Positions 39,031 through 52,442 of a stretch of 64,000 nucleotides of DNA are shown piece by piece. This stretch comes from an uncultured delta proteobacterium (GTDB lineage: Bacteria; Myxococcota; Kuafuiibacteriia; Kuafuiibacteriales; Kuafuiibacteriaceae): the NCBI GenBank assembly GCA_963803435.1, contig CAWDML010000014.1, positions 1-64,000 of the forward strand, given 5' to 3'. The stretch's first letter is position 1. Each line of letters opens with the position of its first letter. A program made the position numbers and the translations under genes. The notes under the pieces are model-generated. The model worked only from the letters and a program-made list of their open reading frames with translations. It searched no databases and had not been told where the DNA came from.

Positions 39031-40233
39031 ATGACGCTTTCGAGAGTGCCGCCCGTCGACGCGGGCGCGGACGAGTGGCTCGTCTTCGCCGACGAGCTCC
39101 AGACCAGCGGCGACGTCCGCGGTGAGCTCATCGCGCTGAACCACGCCGTGGAGGCCGGAGAGCCCGCCGAGGCCCGCGACGCGTTCGTACGGGCCCACGC
39201 GGAGCAGCTCCTCGGCGCCGCGGGCGCCCACCTGGAGGCGTTCGCGCTCGAGTGGCGGTGGCTCCACATCGACTCGGCGAAGGTGGTCGCGCGCGACAGC
39301 GACGGCGCCTCGGCCGTGCGAGCGCTCCTCATCTGCCCGTCGGCCTCCGAGCTGCGGGCCCTCACGATCGCTGGCGACGCCGCCACGGAGCAGGACCAGA
39401 TCGATCTCTCGTCCGCGATCGCACACCTGGTCGCGCACGGCCTGCCCGCGTCGTGCCGGGCGCTGACGCTGCTCGACGAGCGGGCCGCCCGGAGCACGTC
39501 GGTGATCGCGACGTTCTACGATCCGCCGAACAACCTGGTCGGCTTCGGCGACCTCGGCGCGCTCTGGCCGAAGCTCTCTCGGATCGAGCAGCTCCACCTG
39601 TCGGTGTCGGACGCCGCCCAGCTCGAGCTGGGATTGATCGTGGCACCGTCGCTCAAGAGCTTCAGGATCGACTGCCTCACGTGGGCGGGTCGCGACGAGA
39701 TCCCGGATGCGCTCGAGAACGCGAGCTGGCCGAACCTCGAGACCCTCGAGCTCCGGCTCCCCGAGGCCTGGACCTTCAGCACCCCCGACGACTTCAAGGG
39801 CTACACGAGGCCGTACGACGGTCGTGAGGACGCGGACGAGTACTACGACGAAGACGAGGACGACGGCTACCACGAGGACCTCGACTGGGCCCGCCGTCTG
39901 GCGCCGCTCCTCGAGTCGCTGCGCAAGACGAAGCTGCGCCGGCTGGCCCTCACCTCCTTCCAGTCGGTGAGCACCGTCCTCGACGCGATCGAGAATGCGG
40001 GCCTCCCTGCCACGGTCGTGGAGCTCGACCTGTCGGAGAGCGCGATCGACGGAGCCGCGGTGGAGCGGATCGTCGCGGGTCGCAAGGCGAACATGCCGGG
40101 GCTCGAGCGGTTGATCCTGGACTCGACGCCCGTGTCCGGTCCGGACGTGCTGAGGCTGTGCGAGGCCGGCCTCGAGGTCGTCCACTCCGAGGGGAGCGGT
40201 CCGAAGTACCGGTTCCTCGTCGGGATGGAGTGA
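39031..40233 (+). CDS. TIGR02996-like plus LRR protein (STM4015-like tail)
   Basis: WLVFADELQTSGDVRGELIAL, LRRs WPNLETLEL and ELDLS, and C-terminal YRFLVGME. Confidence 0.75.
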   Translation: MTLSRVPPVDAGADEWLVFADELQTSGDVRGELIALNHAVEAGEPAEARDAFVRAHAEQLLGAAGAHLEAFALEWRWLHIDSAKVVARDSDGASAVRALLICPSASELRALTIAGDAATEQDQIDLSSAIAHLVAHGLPASCRALTLLDERAARSTSVIATFYDPPNNLVGFGDLGALWPKLSRIEQLHLSVSDAAQLELGLIVAPSLKSFRIDCLTWAGRDEIPDALENASWPNLETLELRLPEAWTFSTPDDFKGYTRPYDGREDADEYYDEDEDDGYHEDLDWARRLAPLLESLRKTKLRRLALTSFQSVSTVLDAIENAGLPATVVELDLSESAIDGAAVERIVAGRKANMPGLERLILDSTPVSGPDVLRLCEAGLEVVHSEGSGPKYRFLVGME

Positions 40234-40236
40234 TGG

Positions 40237-42388
40237 TCAGAGGCCGAGGACCTGCTTGAGCGTGCGCTTGGCCTCTCCGGTGGCCAGCGCCGCCACCGCC
40301 TCCTTCACGTCCACGCCGGAGACGCACGGCGCGAGCAGCGTGCATCCGAGCTGGAGGCCGACCGGCACGGCGCTGGCGGGCGTCAGCTTCCCCCCGGTGA
40401 TTGTCTCGATCAGCTGAGGGGTCAGCTCGAACCGGCCCGTGAGATCGAGCCTGCGATCGAGCCCGATCGCGCCGGTGAACGTGATCGTGCCAGCGTCGGT
40501 CTTCACCGTCATCGGCTGCTGGAGGCGGAGCATGCCCCCATCCACCCGAAACACGGCGCTCAGCTCCTCGAACTGGGTGTCGGTGCCGGCGGGCAAGCGC
40601 ACGCCGGTGGCCCGCTCGATGATCGGCAGCGCCTCCGCCAGCGGCTCCGCCACCGCGCGGACCAGGTTCACGCCCCGGAACCGGCCGTGGGCCAGGCTGC
40701 CGTCGATCCGGCCGGTGAGCGTCGGCGCGAGCTGCGACCAGTCACCGCCGCGGCCGGACAGATCGATCTTCGCGTCGAGCTCGCCGTCGAGCGTTCGACC
40801 GAGCGCGGTCGCACCGGAGAAGAGGCCAGCGGCGTCGACGCCCGCGAAGCGCAAGGCCACGCGGTAGCCGATCGGATCCGCGCCGAAATCCACGCGCGTA
40901 CCGTCCGCGATGAGGCGGCCGCCGTAGGTGTCGACGTGGGCCAGCTCGATCGTGGCCTTGCCATCTTTCACCACCACGTGCGCATTCAGATCGGTGAACG
41001 GGATCCCGGCCATGCGCCCCTTGGCTGCGGCGAGATGGCCGTCCACCGTGACCTGCGAGGAGGTCGCGCCCTTCGAGCCCGATCCTTCGCGCGTGCCGGG
41101 GAACGTGGCGCGGAGCGCGTCCACGTCGAGGTCGGGCGATCGCAGCTCGAACCGGATCCGCGGCCTGCTGAGGCCGTCGATCGCACCGCTCCCGGTGACC
41201 GCGAGGTCGCCGGCCTTCAGGCGCAGGTCCTGGACCTCGACGACCTGCTCGGCGGGGTCCGACGTGGGGCCCGAGAGACGACCGTTGATCGAGAGCGACG
41301 CCGGCTTCACGGCGATGCCGAGCTTCGCCAGATCGATCCGGTCGCTCCGGAACGTGATCGCCAGGCTGCCCGGACGACCCGCGCGCGGCAGCTCGACGCG
41401 CCCCTGGCCCCAGACGGCGGCGTCGCCGAACGTGGCCCGCGCCCGGCTCAGGTCCAAGGTCCCCGGGGTCAGCGCCCCGTCGAGCACCAGCTCGGCCTTC
41501 TCCGGCGACGAACCCGACACCACCAGGTCCGCGATCGTCGCTCGACCTCCGAGCGCACCCTTCTTCGTGAGCTCGACGTCGGCGGAGAGCTCCGAGTTGA
41601 TCACGTCGACGGTCGAGCCCGCTGGGAGCCAGAGCCGAAGCGCTCGGAGCGGGACGTCGTCGATCTTCAGGTGTGCCTCGACGAGCTCGGGGATCGTCTT
41701 CATCTCGAGCGTCTCCGGCAGCGGGCCGGTCCTCCCCTCCAGCTCGAAGTTCGGCGTGCGCGAGAGGAAGCCCATGTCCAGCGAGAACGAGGCCGGCGCG
41801 CCCAGCGCCACGTGCTCGAGCGCGGCGTCGAGACGATCGATGAACAAGAGCCCGGTGCCGCCGGGCGCCGCTCGATCGACGAGGCTGAGCACGCCGTTCT
41901 CCACGGCGACCCGATCGATGCGGGCGCGCTTCAACCACGCCTCGGTCTTCGGGCTCATCGGCGTCTGGGGCCGGCGCTTCAGGTGCTCGAGGATGTCCGC
42001 GAAGGAGAAGCGCCCGTTCTCGTCGCGGGTGATCTCGACGACCGGATGCACCAGGACGATCTGATTCACCTCGATCCGCTTCCCCAGGCTGGTGAGGATT
42101 CTCGAGGACCGAGACGTTGAAGCGGAGCGCGTCGGCGTGGCCGAGACCCTCGACCGACAGGCCCTCCGCGACGATCCCCAGCGGCCACCAGGAAGGCTCC
42201 ACCCGCGCCACCTGGACCGGCCGCCCGATCGCCTCCGAGGCCGACGCGACCGCGCGATCGCGGTACTTCGCGATCACGGCGTCGAAATCGACGGAGAGCA
42301 CCACCACGACGACGGCGATGCCGGCGAGCGCAACCAATGCGGCGATCGCGATGAGAACTGCGCGCAGAGCCCGACGTCCGTGCACCAT
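40237..42388 (-). CDS. AsmA-family protein; frameshift near 42090
   Basis: N-terminal TM anchor, EAIGRPVQV, P.VEITRDENGRFSF, YGGRL and TLTGRIDGSLAHGRFRGVNL...TQFEELS. Confidence 0.82.
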
Positions 42389-42483
42389 GATCGGACTTCA
42401 GTTGCAACGGTAGTGCCGGGTCCTGGTCATTTGGTCACAACGGGTCCGAAAACCTCCGATCGTTATGGCTTCAGGACCGGTTC

Positions 42484-43734
<1,251 letters not shown>

Positions 43735-43746
43735 CGCCCGGTGGTC

Positions 43747-46700
43747 TTACTCGAACGTGCCGGCGACGGTGAAGAGGTATTGCTCCTCGCCCTCGACCGG
43801 GCCCGGCTGCACGGTCGCGGAGGGGAACCAGCTCTGGATCGCGAGGGGCGAGCGGAGCTTCGGGCGCTCGAACGCGACCTCGGGGCGCGGCGTCATCGGG
43901 CCGGCCGCAGGCTCGCGGCGCGACAGGAGCTGGTCCCAGGAGGTCGCGTTGTCCCAGTCGAAGAACGACGTGACGACGGCGCCCAGGATCAGACCACTGA
44001 GCGCGCCGATGACGTTGCCCTCCTTGAGCGGCTCACCCTTGGCGAAGCCGGCGGTGAGCATGCCGACCATCATGCCGCCGAGACCCGAGAGGTTGATCAC
44101 CGCAAAGCGCGTGGGAGGGACGTCGAGCAAGCCGCCGACCACCAGGCCGGTGACCGCGAGCCCGACGTCGGAGCCGAGCACGCTGGAGAGGAGCCGCAGG
44201 CCCTTCTTCCTCCGGCCGTCGATGTTCTTCGCCACCCGATCCTTGAACACTTCGCCGCCCCAGCCGCCGATCCAGGTGCCCCAGACGTTGCCGGCCAGGA
44301 GCATCAGCACGTCCTTGAGATCCAGGTGGAGATACGGCGTCAGGTACATGCCGGTGAGCGCGCCCAGACCGATCGTCGACAGGGCGACGCCGGCGGCCTG
44401 GCGGTCGGTGCCGTCGAGGAGCAGCGTGAGGCCTGAGGTGTGCCAGGTCAGATAGCCGACGTAGGCCGTGCCGAGCGCGACGTCCGACCAGTCGTAGTGG
44501 AACTGCTTGGCGGTCGCCCCCACGCCCGCGCTCACGGCCAGCGTGAGCCCCGCGCCGAGGCCGGCGGCCACCCGATCGTCGCGCGAGGCGGCGAGCCCGA
44601 TGCCGGCGCCGGAGAGCGCGCCGACCGCCGCGCCGATGGCGATGTTCTCGCGGGCGTCGCCGTCGACGTGGAGGACCTGATCCAGGAGCAGCCCGGCGCC
44701 GAGGCCGACGCCGGCGCCGACCAGCGCGCCGCCGGCGGCCACCTCGGGCGCGACGTTCTCGATCCGATCGCCGGAGTAGAGCGCGGGCGTGGCCGCGCCG
44801 ATCGCCCCACCGATGAGCGTCCCGAGACCGAGGTTCAGATACGACTGGCCGTCGTAGTCGGTCACCGGCGCCAGCAGAAGACCGGCGGCGAGCCCGGCCG
44901 CGGTGACGCCGTCCATCAGGCCGAACTGGAGCCTGCGATCACCGCCGGGGACGGCGAGGCCCAGACCCAGGCCGAGGGCGGCGCCGGCGACCGAGAAGGT
45001 GCCCGCCTCCCAGACCTCGTCCGCCTCCAAGCTGGTCAGCTGCGCGAGCGCTGCGGTGGTGGCCGCGCCCAAGCTGGCGCCGAGCAACGCGCCGCCGCCG
45101 CGCTCCTCGGCGGAGACCGCCCCGTCCCCGCGCACGAACGTGGGGATGGTGAGGCCGAGCGCGCCGCCGAGGAACGTGCCCAGCGGAACCAGGGCGAAGT
45201 CGCCGCCCTCGTAGTGCATGCCGGTGAGCGCGCTGAGCCCGAGGATCAGGCTCGCGCCGCCGGCGCCCTCCATCGCGGCGAGCGTGGCCCGCCGATCGAG
45301 GCCCGGCGACACCAGCCCGACGCCCGCACCGATCCCCGAGCCCACCAGGAACGCCAGGTACGCGTGGAGCTGATCGGCCGCGCTGACCTCGAGGAGCTGC
45401 GAGACCAGCACGCCGGTGAGGAGACCGGCGCCGGCCCCGAGCGCCGCACCGCCGGCGAGCTCCGTACCGACGAGCGCCTCGTCGTCGCTCCGGCGAAAGG
45501 CCGAGCCCCAGAGGCCGTCGAAGGCGCCGATCGCCGACAGGGAGGAGATCAGCGCCACATCGTTTGCCGTCAGCTCGGTGTACGGCGACAGCGCCACGCC
45601 GAGCGCGAGCGCGGGGAGCCCGGCCGCATCGATCCAGGCGGCGCGGGAGCGGCGGCTGACGTCGGGGAGCAGGTACGAGGCGCCCGCGCCGATCGCGTTG
45701 CCGGCGGCGGCGTAGATCGCGGTCTCGAGCTGATCGCCGAGGTCCAGAGGGCGGAGGCGTCCCACCGCCACGCCCGCGAGCGCGCCCGCGCCGGCGCCGA
45801 GGAGCGCGCCGCCGCCCCGCGTCACCGCCGTGGGCGCGTCCTGGTAGAGCGCGGGGATCAGCTGCCCGTGCCACGCGCCGGCGGCCGAGAGCAGCGAGAT
45901 GAGCGCGGCGTCGTCACCCGTATATTCAGTGTGCGGCGCCACCAGCGCGCCCACGGCCAGCCCCCCGAGCGCGGCCACCTGGACCGCGAGCGCGGTCTCT
46001 CGATCCGAGTAGCCCGGGTTCATCAGCGCCAGCCCCCCGCCGACCGATCCCGCCGCCATGGTGAGCAGCCCCGCCTCGACGACGTCGGCGGGGTCCGGAT
46101 CGATCACCTGCGCCAGCGTCATCGCCGCGGCCACGCCCAGGCCCGAGCCGAGCGCAGCACCGTACGCGAGCGAGGTCCGGTCGGAGGTGTCGTGCAGGAG
46201 CCCCGGGAGAAAGGCGCCCTCGGCTCCGCCTGCCAGGGCGGCCAGCCCGATCATGGTGAGGTCGCCTCCGCTGTAGTCCGTGTACGGGGAGAGCGCGAGC
46301 GCAGCCGACAGCGCGAGCACCCCGCCGCCCTCCATCAGCGCGACGGTCCGTCGATCGTCGCGATCTCGGAACAGACCGCCCAGCCCGGCGCCGATCCCAG
46401 TACCCGCGATCGCCGCGGTCCACAGCTCGGCCTCGTCCCGATCCTCGCGGAGCTGGACGAAGGTGGCGCCGGCCAGCGCCCCCAGGCTCGCGGCCGCGAT
46501 CGAGCTGCCGATGCGGGTCCTCAGGACCGGCGCCTGCTGGAACAGCTGGGGGAACCAGAAGCCGAACCAGCCGAAGATCGGCGGCGCCGAGAGGAGCGTG
46601 AGCGCGCCGCCCTCATAGTCGGTGATCGGCGCCAGCACCAGGCCGGCGGTGTACGCGCCCAGGCCGAGGCCCTCCATCAGCGCGACGCCCGCGCGCCAGT

Positions 46701-49700
46701 CGTCGGAGGCGATCGCGATACCGCCGCCGATCCCGTTGGCGAGCCCGGAGAGGGCGGTCGCCTCCAGCAGATCGATGGTGGCGATCGGACGGTCGAGCAG
46801 GTGGATCGCGGTGAGCCCGGCGAGCGCACCCATGCTGCTGCCGATCAGGACGCCGCCGGCGAGCTCTTCGGCCGGCGGCCGATCGTCACGCCACAAGAAC
46901 GGGATCAGCGCGCCCTCCCATGCGCCCTGGATCGCGAACATCGTGGAGTGGATCGCGAGGGCCGAGCCGCCGCCCACGCGAGGCCGTGGCGAGATCACGT
47001 CGCCGGCGAGGAGGCCCGTCATGGTGGCGAAGCCGGCGAGCCCCACGCCCTGCATCAGACCCACGGTGGTCCGCCGATCGAACGCCGGCACCAGGAGGCC
47101 GAGGCCCGCGCCGATCCCGCTGCCGGCCAGCGCACCGACGCCGGACAGGAGGACGTCACCGCCGTTGAAGTCGAGGGCCTGCGCCAGCGCGATCGTGGAG
47201 ATGGCGCCGACCGACGCGCCCAGCATCCCGGCGCCGCCCACCTTCTTCGCCTCGATCGACTCGCCGTCGTCGTGCCAGTACTCGGGCAGGAACGAGCCCC
47301 ACAGACCGAAGGCGGCCGCGCCCACGCCCATGTATGCGAGGTTGGCCTGCGAGAGATCGAGCTTCTCGGCGAACGGGTAGGTGAGCGCGAGCCCGGTTGC
47401 GACGAAGGCGCCTGAGACCCGGCTCCGCGTGTGGACGTCGAGATCCGGGAGCATCAGACCGAAGCCGGTGCCGCCCACGCCGAACAGCGCGGCGCCGGCA
47501 ATCGTCAGCCAGATCTCGGTGTCGCTGACGTCGGTGAGCTGGCTGATCACGAGGCCGGCGGTCGCGCCCAGCCCGGCGCCGAGGAGCATGCCGCCCGGGA
47601 AAGACGGCTCGTTGAAGCGCTTCTCCTCGCCGCGCACGGTGAGGTCGGCGCCGGCCAAGACACCGCCCAGGGTGGAGAGCGCGATCACGACGGCGTCGTT
47701 CTCGCCGAAGTGGAGGTAGGGACTGAGGATCCCGAGCGTGAGCGCGCCGGCCGCGCTGCCGCCGCTGAGCAGCGCGTAGGTCACGGGCGATCCGCGATTC
47801 TCGATCGAGAGGCCGAGCCCGCCGAACACGGCGCTGCCGAGGGCGCCGCCGGCGCCGGAGAACGCAGCGGTGCGCGGAATCGAGATCGCCGAACTGGGCC
47901 CAGATCAAGCCCGCGAGATAGCCGACGCCCTGGCCCACCACCGCCCCGGCCGCGCCGCGCTTCAGGTCGAGGCCCTCGGGCAGGACGCCGGGCAGCCAGA
48001 GCCCGAGCCAGGCGCCGTGGCTCATGGTGGTGGCGAGCAGCGCCAGATCGTCCTCGACCTGGAGGTGCCTGGAGAGAAACGCCGCCGGGACGGTGGCGGC
48101 GGCGCTCCCAATCATGCCGGCGAAGGCCGCCTCCCGCAGGCGCGCCGTCCCGTCCTTCACCAGGAGGGTGTGCAAGGCGCTGGTCGTGAGGCCCGCCTCG
48201 ACGATCGAGAAGTTCGCGAACGCGAAGTCGTCGAGGCCCCACTCGGCGGTCTTCATGGTGGCCGCGCCCAGGCCGACGCCGAGAACCTCGGAGCCGAGCG
48301 TCATCCAGCGCGTGTTCTGGGCCGACAGGCCGAGCGTACGGCCGAGGCCCCAGCCTCCGAGCGTGCCCCAGAGCCCGATGGTCCCGAAGTAGCCGGCGTC
48401 GCCGAGGGTGACGTCCTCCTTGAGCGTGAGCAGGAACGGCGTCGCTCCGCCGAGCACCAGGCCGACGCCGCCGGTGAAGAATGGCGAGAGCTTCGCCCCC
48501 GCCAGATCGGCGGCGACCAGCATCATCGCGGCGCCGAAGCCGGAGCCTTCGGCCACCAGCGGGATGCGGCCGTACGGATCCCAGGAGGGGTAACGATTGG
48601 GCGCGAGGTCGTGGAGCGTGTTGCGGGCGGAGCGGCGGACGTCGAACGCGTCGTCGCCCGCGAAGCGCTTGAGCGGCGCCTCCACGTCGGCCAGCGGGAA
48701 GCCGCCGAGCGCACGCACCGCCCGGGCGCGGTCCTCCTCCGAGAGGCCCTCGGCGTCGGCCAGCGCGATCAGGGCCGGGCGCACCGCGTCGATCGGATGC
48801 GCGGTCAGGATGTCGATCGCCTGCCCCGCCAGCCCGGGCTGCGCGATCGCCGCCTGCGCCACCGGCTGCGAGATCCGCGGGTCCTCCCGTCCCTCGAGCG
48901 CCTTCAGGATCGGGCCGTAGTGCTTCGCGTGGGCGGGCGCGGCGAGGAACGCGAGCATCGGGGCCAGCGTGAGATCCGGCGGCTGGGCGGCCAGCATATC
49001 GAAGACGCGATCGTCGTTCGGCCGCCGCTCGAGCGACGCGACCAGCGCCTCCACGACGTCGGGACCGCGGTAGTCCGCGATGCCCGTGAGCGCGAGCGCA
49101 CGGACCGGCTCCGCGTCGTTCCCGATCGCCCGCAAGAGCCGGGATCGGACCAGGGCTTCGGGACGGGACTTCAGCGCCGTGAGGATCGAGGCGTCACCCA
49201 GGCCCTCGTCGAGCGCGTCGAGGAGGACGCCGGTGATCTCGGGCGCGTCGCGCGCGTCGAGCGCCGCCACCACGCGGGCACGGCCGGACGGATACGCCGA
49301 GGAGTCCTTCAAGGCTTCCACCAGCGGCAGGAGCACCTCGTCGGTGGAGCGCCGGTCGAGGAACTCGCGGGCCAGGTCGGCCTCCGCCGGTCGAGCCGAG
49401 ATCAGGAAGCGCACCAGGACCGCGGCGGCCCGCGTGCTCTTCAGCCCTGCGGCCAGTCGGATCGCGTCGGCCTGGATCGCCGGCGCGACCTGGGGCGGCC
49501 AACGGAGGAGCTCGCCCGCGATCGGATCGGGCGGCGCGCGGGTGAGCTGCTCGACGATCGCGTGGCGGAGGCCGGCGTCGCGCTCCTTCGCCAGGGCCGC
49601 CACCAGGAGCTTGGCCGACGCGGCGTCCCCGGCGCGCCCCACGCCGTCGATGGCGGCGCGACGGACCGCCGGATCGGCGTCGCCGAGCGCCGGCGCCAGG

Positions 49701-50554
49701 ACGGCCGCCACCTCGTCGGGGCCCGCTCGGGCGGAGCCGGCGGCGCCCGCGAGCCCCGCCGCCGCCGTCCTCCGGACCAGCGGATCCTTCTGTGCGAGCG
49801 CGCGGATCAGGAACGGTACGCTCTCCTCGGCGTGCGGCCACGCCGCCAGGATCTTCGCGGCGGCGCGGTCGTCGCTCCGCTCCGGCGACAACAGCGCGCG
49901 GGCCGCGAACAGGATCGAGTCGGCGGGGACGCGAAAGCGAACCTCGGGCGGCGGGACGATCTCGTCGAGCGTCGGGGAGGCCCGGGCCGCGCTCGCCTCT
50001 CGCGCGGTCACCGCGAGATAGGCGTCGAGTCGCGCCTTCGCCTCGCCATCGAGCGACGTGCCCAGCGCCTGCTTCGCGACCTCGCGCCGAACCGCATGGG
50101 CCTTCGAGTCCTTCGCCTGCTGCACGAGCCAGCGCCGCACTTCCGGGAACGGGTAACGTCCGAGCGCACGCAGCGCGCAGGCGGCCGTGGTGTCGCTCTC
50201 GTCGCCCGAGGCGGTGGCGAGCGCGGTGATCAGCTCGGTCAGATCGCGCGACGTCTCCGGCACTCCGAGATCGCCGAGCGCATCGGCGGCGGCGGATCGC
50301 TCGCTCGGACCGCCGTGAAGGAGCAGCGACCGGAGCGGATCGAGGAAGATGGGGTGCCCGGTGCGTCCGGCCCGCCGCGCCGCTGCGATCCGGACCTCCA
50401 GATCGGAGGATGCGAGGTCCGCCAGGGTGCGGAGGAGCGCCGCGTCGGAAGGCGGGCCCTCGCCGGCGACCGCGGAAGAGGGAAACACGAGGGCGGCCGC
50501 CAGGAAGACCGCTCCCGGGCTCGTGCGGCCTCGCGCCCTATCGTTTGTGCCCAT
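43747..50554 (-). CDS. Giant (~2,270 aa) exported protein: HEAT repeats plus ~12 tandem ~119-aa Gly-rich hydrophobic units; frameshift near 47870
   Basis: Signal peptide and HEAT motifs (VRIAAARRAG, DPLVRRTAA, DPAVRRAAI). ORFs 47156..50554 and 43747..47829 join in register with the repeat. Confidence 0.75.
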
Positions 50555-50629
50555 GACCCACCCCGATCCCCAGGCCGCGAACGTCTGGCGCCCGGGGTTC
50601 CGTCCCAGGTGAGTGCTCGCACAAGGGTA

Positions 50630-50658
50630 TTGACGTCGCCGTGTCGCGTGGGGTTAGT
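50630..50658 (+). promoter_or_regulatory. Putative sigma70-type promoter of the tRNA
   Basis: TTGACG-N17-GTTAGT directly upstream of the tRNA. Confidence 0.4.
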
Positions 50659-50671
50659 CGGCCGCCGAAGA

Positions 50672-50760
50672 GGAGATGTGGCCGAGTCCGGCTGAAGGCG
50701 CTTGATTCGAAATCAAGTATACGGGCAACCGTATCGGGGGTTCGAATCCCTCCGTCTCCG
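50672..50760 (+). tRNA. tRNA-Ser(CGA); CCA not encoded
   Basis: Acceptor stem GGAGATG/CGTCTCC, anticodon arm CTTGA-TTCGAAA-TCAAG, long variable arm ATACGG-GCAA-CCGTAT, T-loop GGTTCGAATCC and discriminator G. Confidence 0.96.
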
Positions 50761-51004
50761 CTCGCCTTGAGGGGAAGAATGAGAATGACGAGCATTCAAG
50801 ACAGTCTAGGGAGGTTCCTAGAGAATTCTGGCTCCGAGCCGATGAACGACGTCGCCGGACAGTTGCTCGAGCTCTTGGAGGCGGACGAGGTCGAGCCGGT
50901 CGGTACCGGCGAGCCGGTCAGCGCCGAGGAGAATCGCAGAGCGTCTGGAGAATCGTTTGGCTCGTCTGCGAAAGCGGAACGACTCAGAAGTTGAAGGATT
51001 GAGC

Positions 51005-51169
51005 ATGATCGAGGACGCGGTCGCCTATCTGCAGGCGAACGACGACACCAAGCTCGTGCCCTGGACCTTCGAGGACAGCGACGGCATCCGCTGGTTCGTC
51101 CTGGCCGACGAAGAAGACGACGTGGTGGCCTGCTACACGAGCGCGCCTTTCGTCGAGGCGGACATGTGA
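51005..51169 (+). CDS. Small acidic hypothetical protein (may be the 3' half of a frameshifted gene starting ~50779)
   Basis: MIEDAVAYLQANDDTKLVPWTFEDSDGIRWFVLAD..., with host-like codon usage. Confidence 0.4.
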   Translation: MIEDAVAYLQANDDTKLVPWTFEDSDGIRWFVLADEEDDVVACYTSAPFVEADM

Positions 51170-51184
51170 GGCATAAGGGCGCCC

Positions 51185-52351
51185 ATGCGCTGCACTCCCC
51201 TCGCGCTCGCCTCATTCGCCCTGCTCCTCACCGGCTGTCCCGACAACAAGGATGACGTAGGTCCGGACGACACCGGATCCGTCGACTCCGGTGGAGACGC
51301 TGGCGGCGGCCTCGACGCCAAGCCGGACGCCGCGGTCGACGACGTCGGTGTCACCGACACCGGCGAGATGACGCCCGACACCGGCAACGGCATGGACGCG
51401 GGCGACGCCGGCATGAACATGCCCGGCATGACGCTGTTCCCCGGCGTGGGCGTGCAGGTCGGCGCGAACCGGATCGACATCGGCACCGACACCTTCGACA
51501 GCGTGAACACGAAGCTCGCCGGCGCCGCGCGCATGCGCAACACCACCGACTCCGCGCGCAGCTACGAGTACACGGTCGGCGCCGACAAGATCACGATCTG
51601 GTACGCCAACACCAACCTCGACGACGACGGCCAGGCCCCCATGGACGTCGACGGCACCGATCAGGTGCTGTGGATCGCCGTCCAGGACGGCTTCGCGGGC
51701 ACGACGCCCGACGGCGTCGGGCTCGACTCGAACCGCGGCGACGTCGAAGGCGCATACGGCGCCCCGCCCCACACGGTGGACGTCGTCAACCCGGCCGGCA
51801 CGATCTCGCAGTATTACACGACCGGCCTGGTGGTCGCGTACGAGCCGAACGGCGACGTCCGCACCATCACCATCTCGCGCGCCTACCCGACCGAGCCCGA
51901 CGGCGAGATCGATCCGCCCGGACGCCGCGTCACCTTCGGTGGGACAGAGCTGATGGCCGCGCTCATCGGCGGCACCTCGATGAACAACATCACCAATCTC
52001 CTCGGTCAGCCGGACGCGCAGGGCACGGTGAACGTCGGCGGCCAGGACCTGGAGACGCTCTCCTACGGATTCATCGGCATCGAGGCGTTCCTCGGCACCG
52101 TCAGCCACAACCTGCTGACGCTGAACCTGCACCCGCCGTTCTACGGCACGACCTCCGGCGGTCTCGGGATGGGATCGGCGCGCGCCGACCTGGAGACGTA
52201 CCTCGGAGGCCTCGGCTTCGACAACGGCACGGCCTCGAGCAACCCGCAGTTCATCTGCTACGACAACGGCAGCGTGATGGTGGGCGTGACCTATACGATG
52301 GCCGACAACCGCGTCAGCAGCATCACCTTGGCGCTGCCCGCCTGCCCGTGA
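51185..52351 (+). CDS. Lipoprotein of unknown function
   Basis: Lipobox LLTGC, Asp/Gly linker and internal duplication (GTTPDGVGLDS / GTTSGGLGMGS). Confidence 0.8.
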   Translation: MRCTPLALASFALLLTGCPDNKDDVGPDDTGSVDSGGDAGGGLDAKPDAAVDDVGVTDTGEMTPDTGNGMDAGDAGMNMPGMTLFPGVGVQVGANRIDIGTDTFDSVNTKLAGAARMRNTTDSARSYEYTVGADKITIWYANTNLDDDGQAPMDVDGTDQVLWIAVQDGFAGTTPDGVGLDSNRGDVEGAYGAPPHTVDVVNPAGTISQYYTTGLVVAYEPNGDVRTITISRAYPTEPDGEIDPPGRRVTFGGTELMAALIGGTSMNNITNLLGQPDAQGTVNVGGQDLETLSYGFIGIEAFLGTVSHNLLTLNLHPPFYGTTSGGLGMGSARADLETYLGGLGFDNGTASSNPQFICYDNGSVMVGVTYTMADNRVSSITLALPACP

Positions 52352-52442
52352 CGGCTCCCCGTCCGGGCTCAGTTTTCCGTTGAGCGCCCCGTCAAACCAG
52401 CTCGGCTCGCGGCTGGCATGTCGCTCGCACCTGTCCCTGAGG

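Noticed and set aside
50672-51200. tRNA-Ser as an integration site for an island or prophage
   Set aside because: No integrase is adjacent and I saw no duplicated tRNA 3' end in the window.
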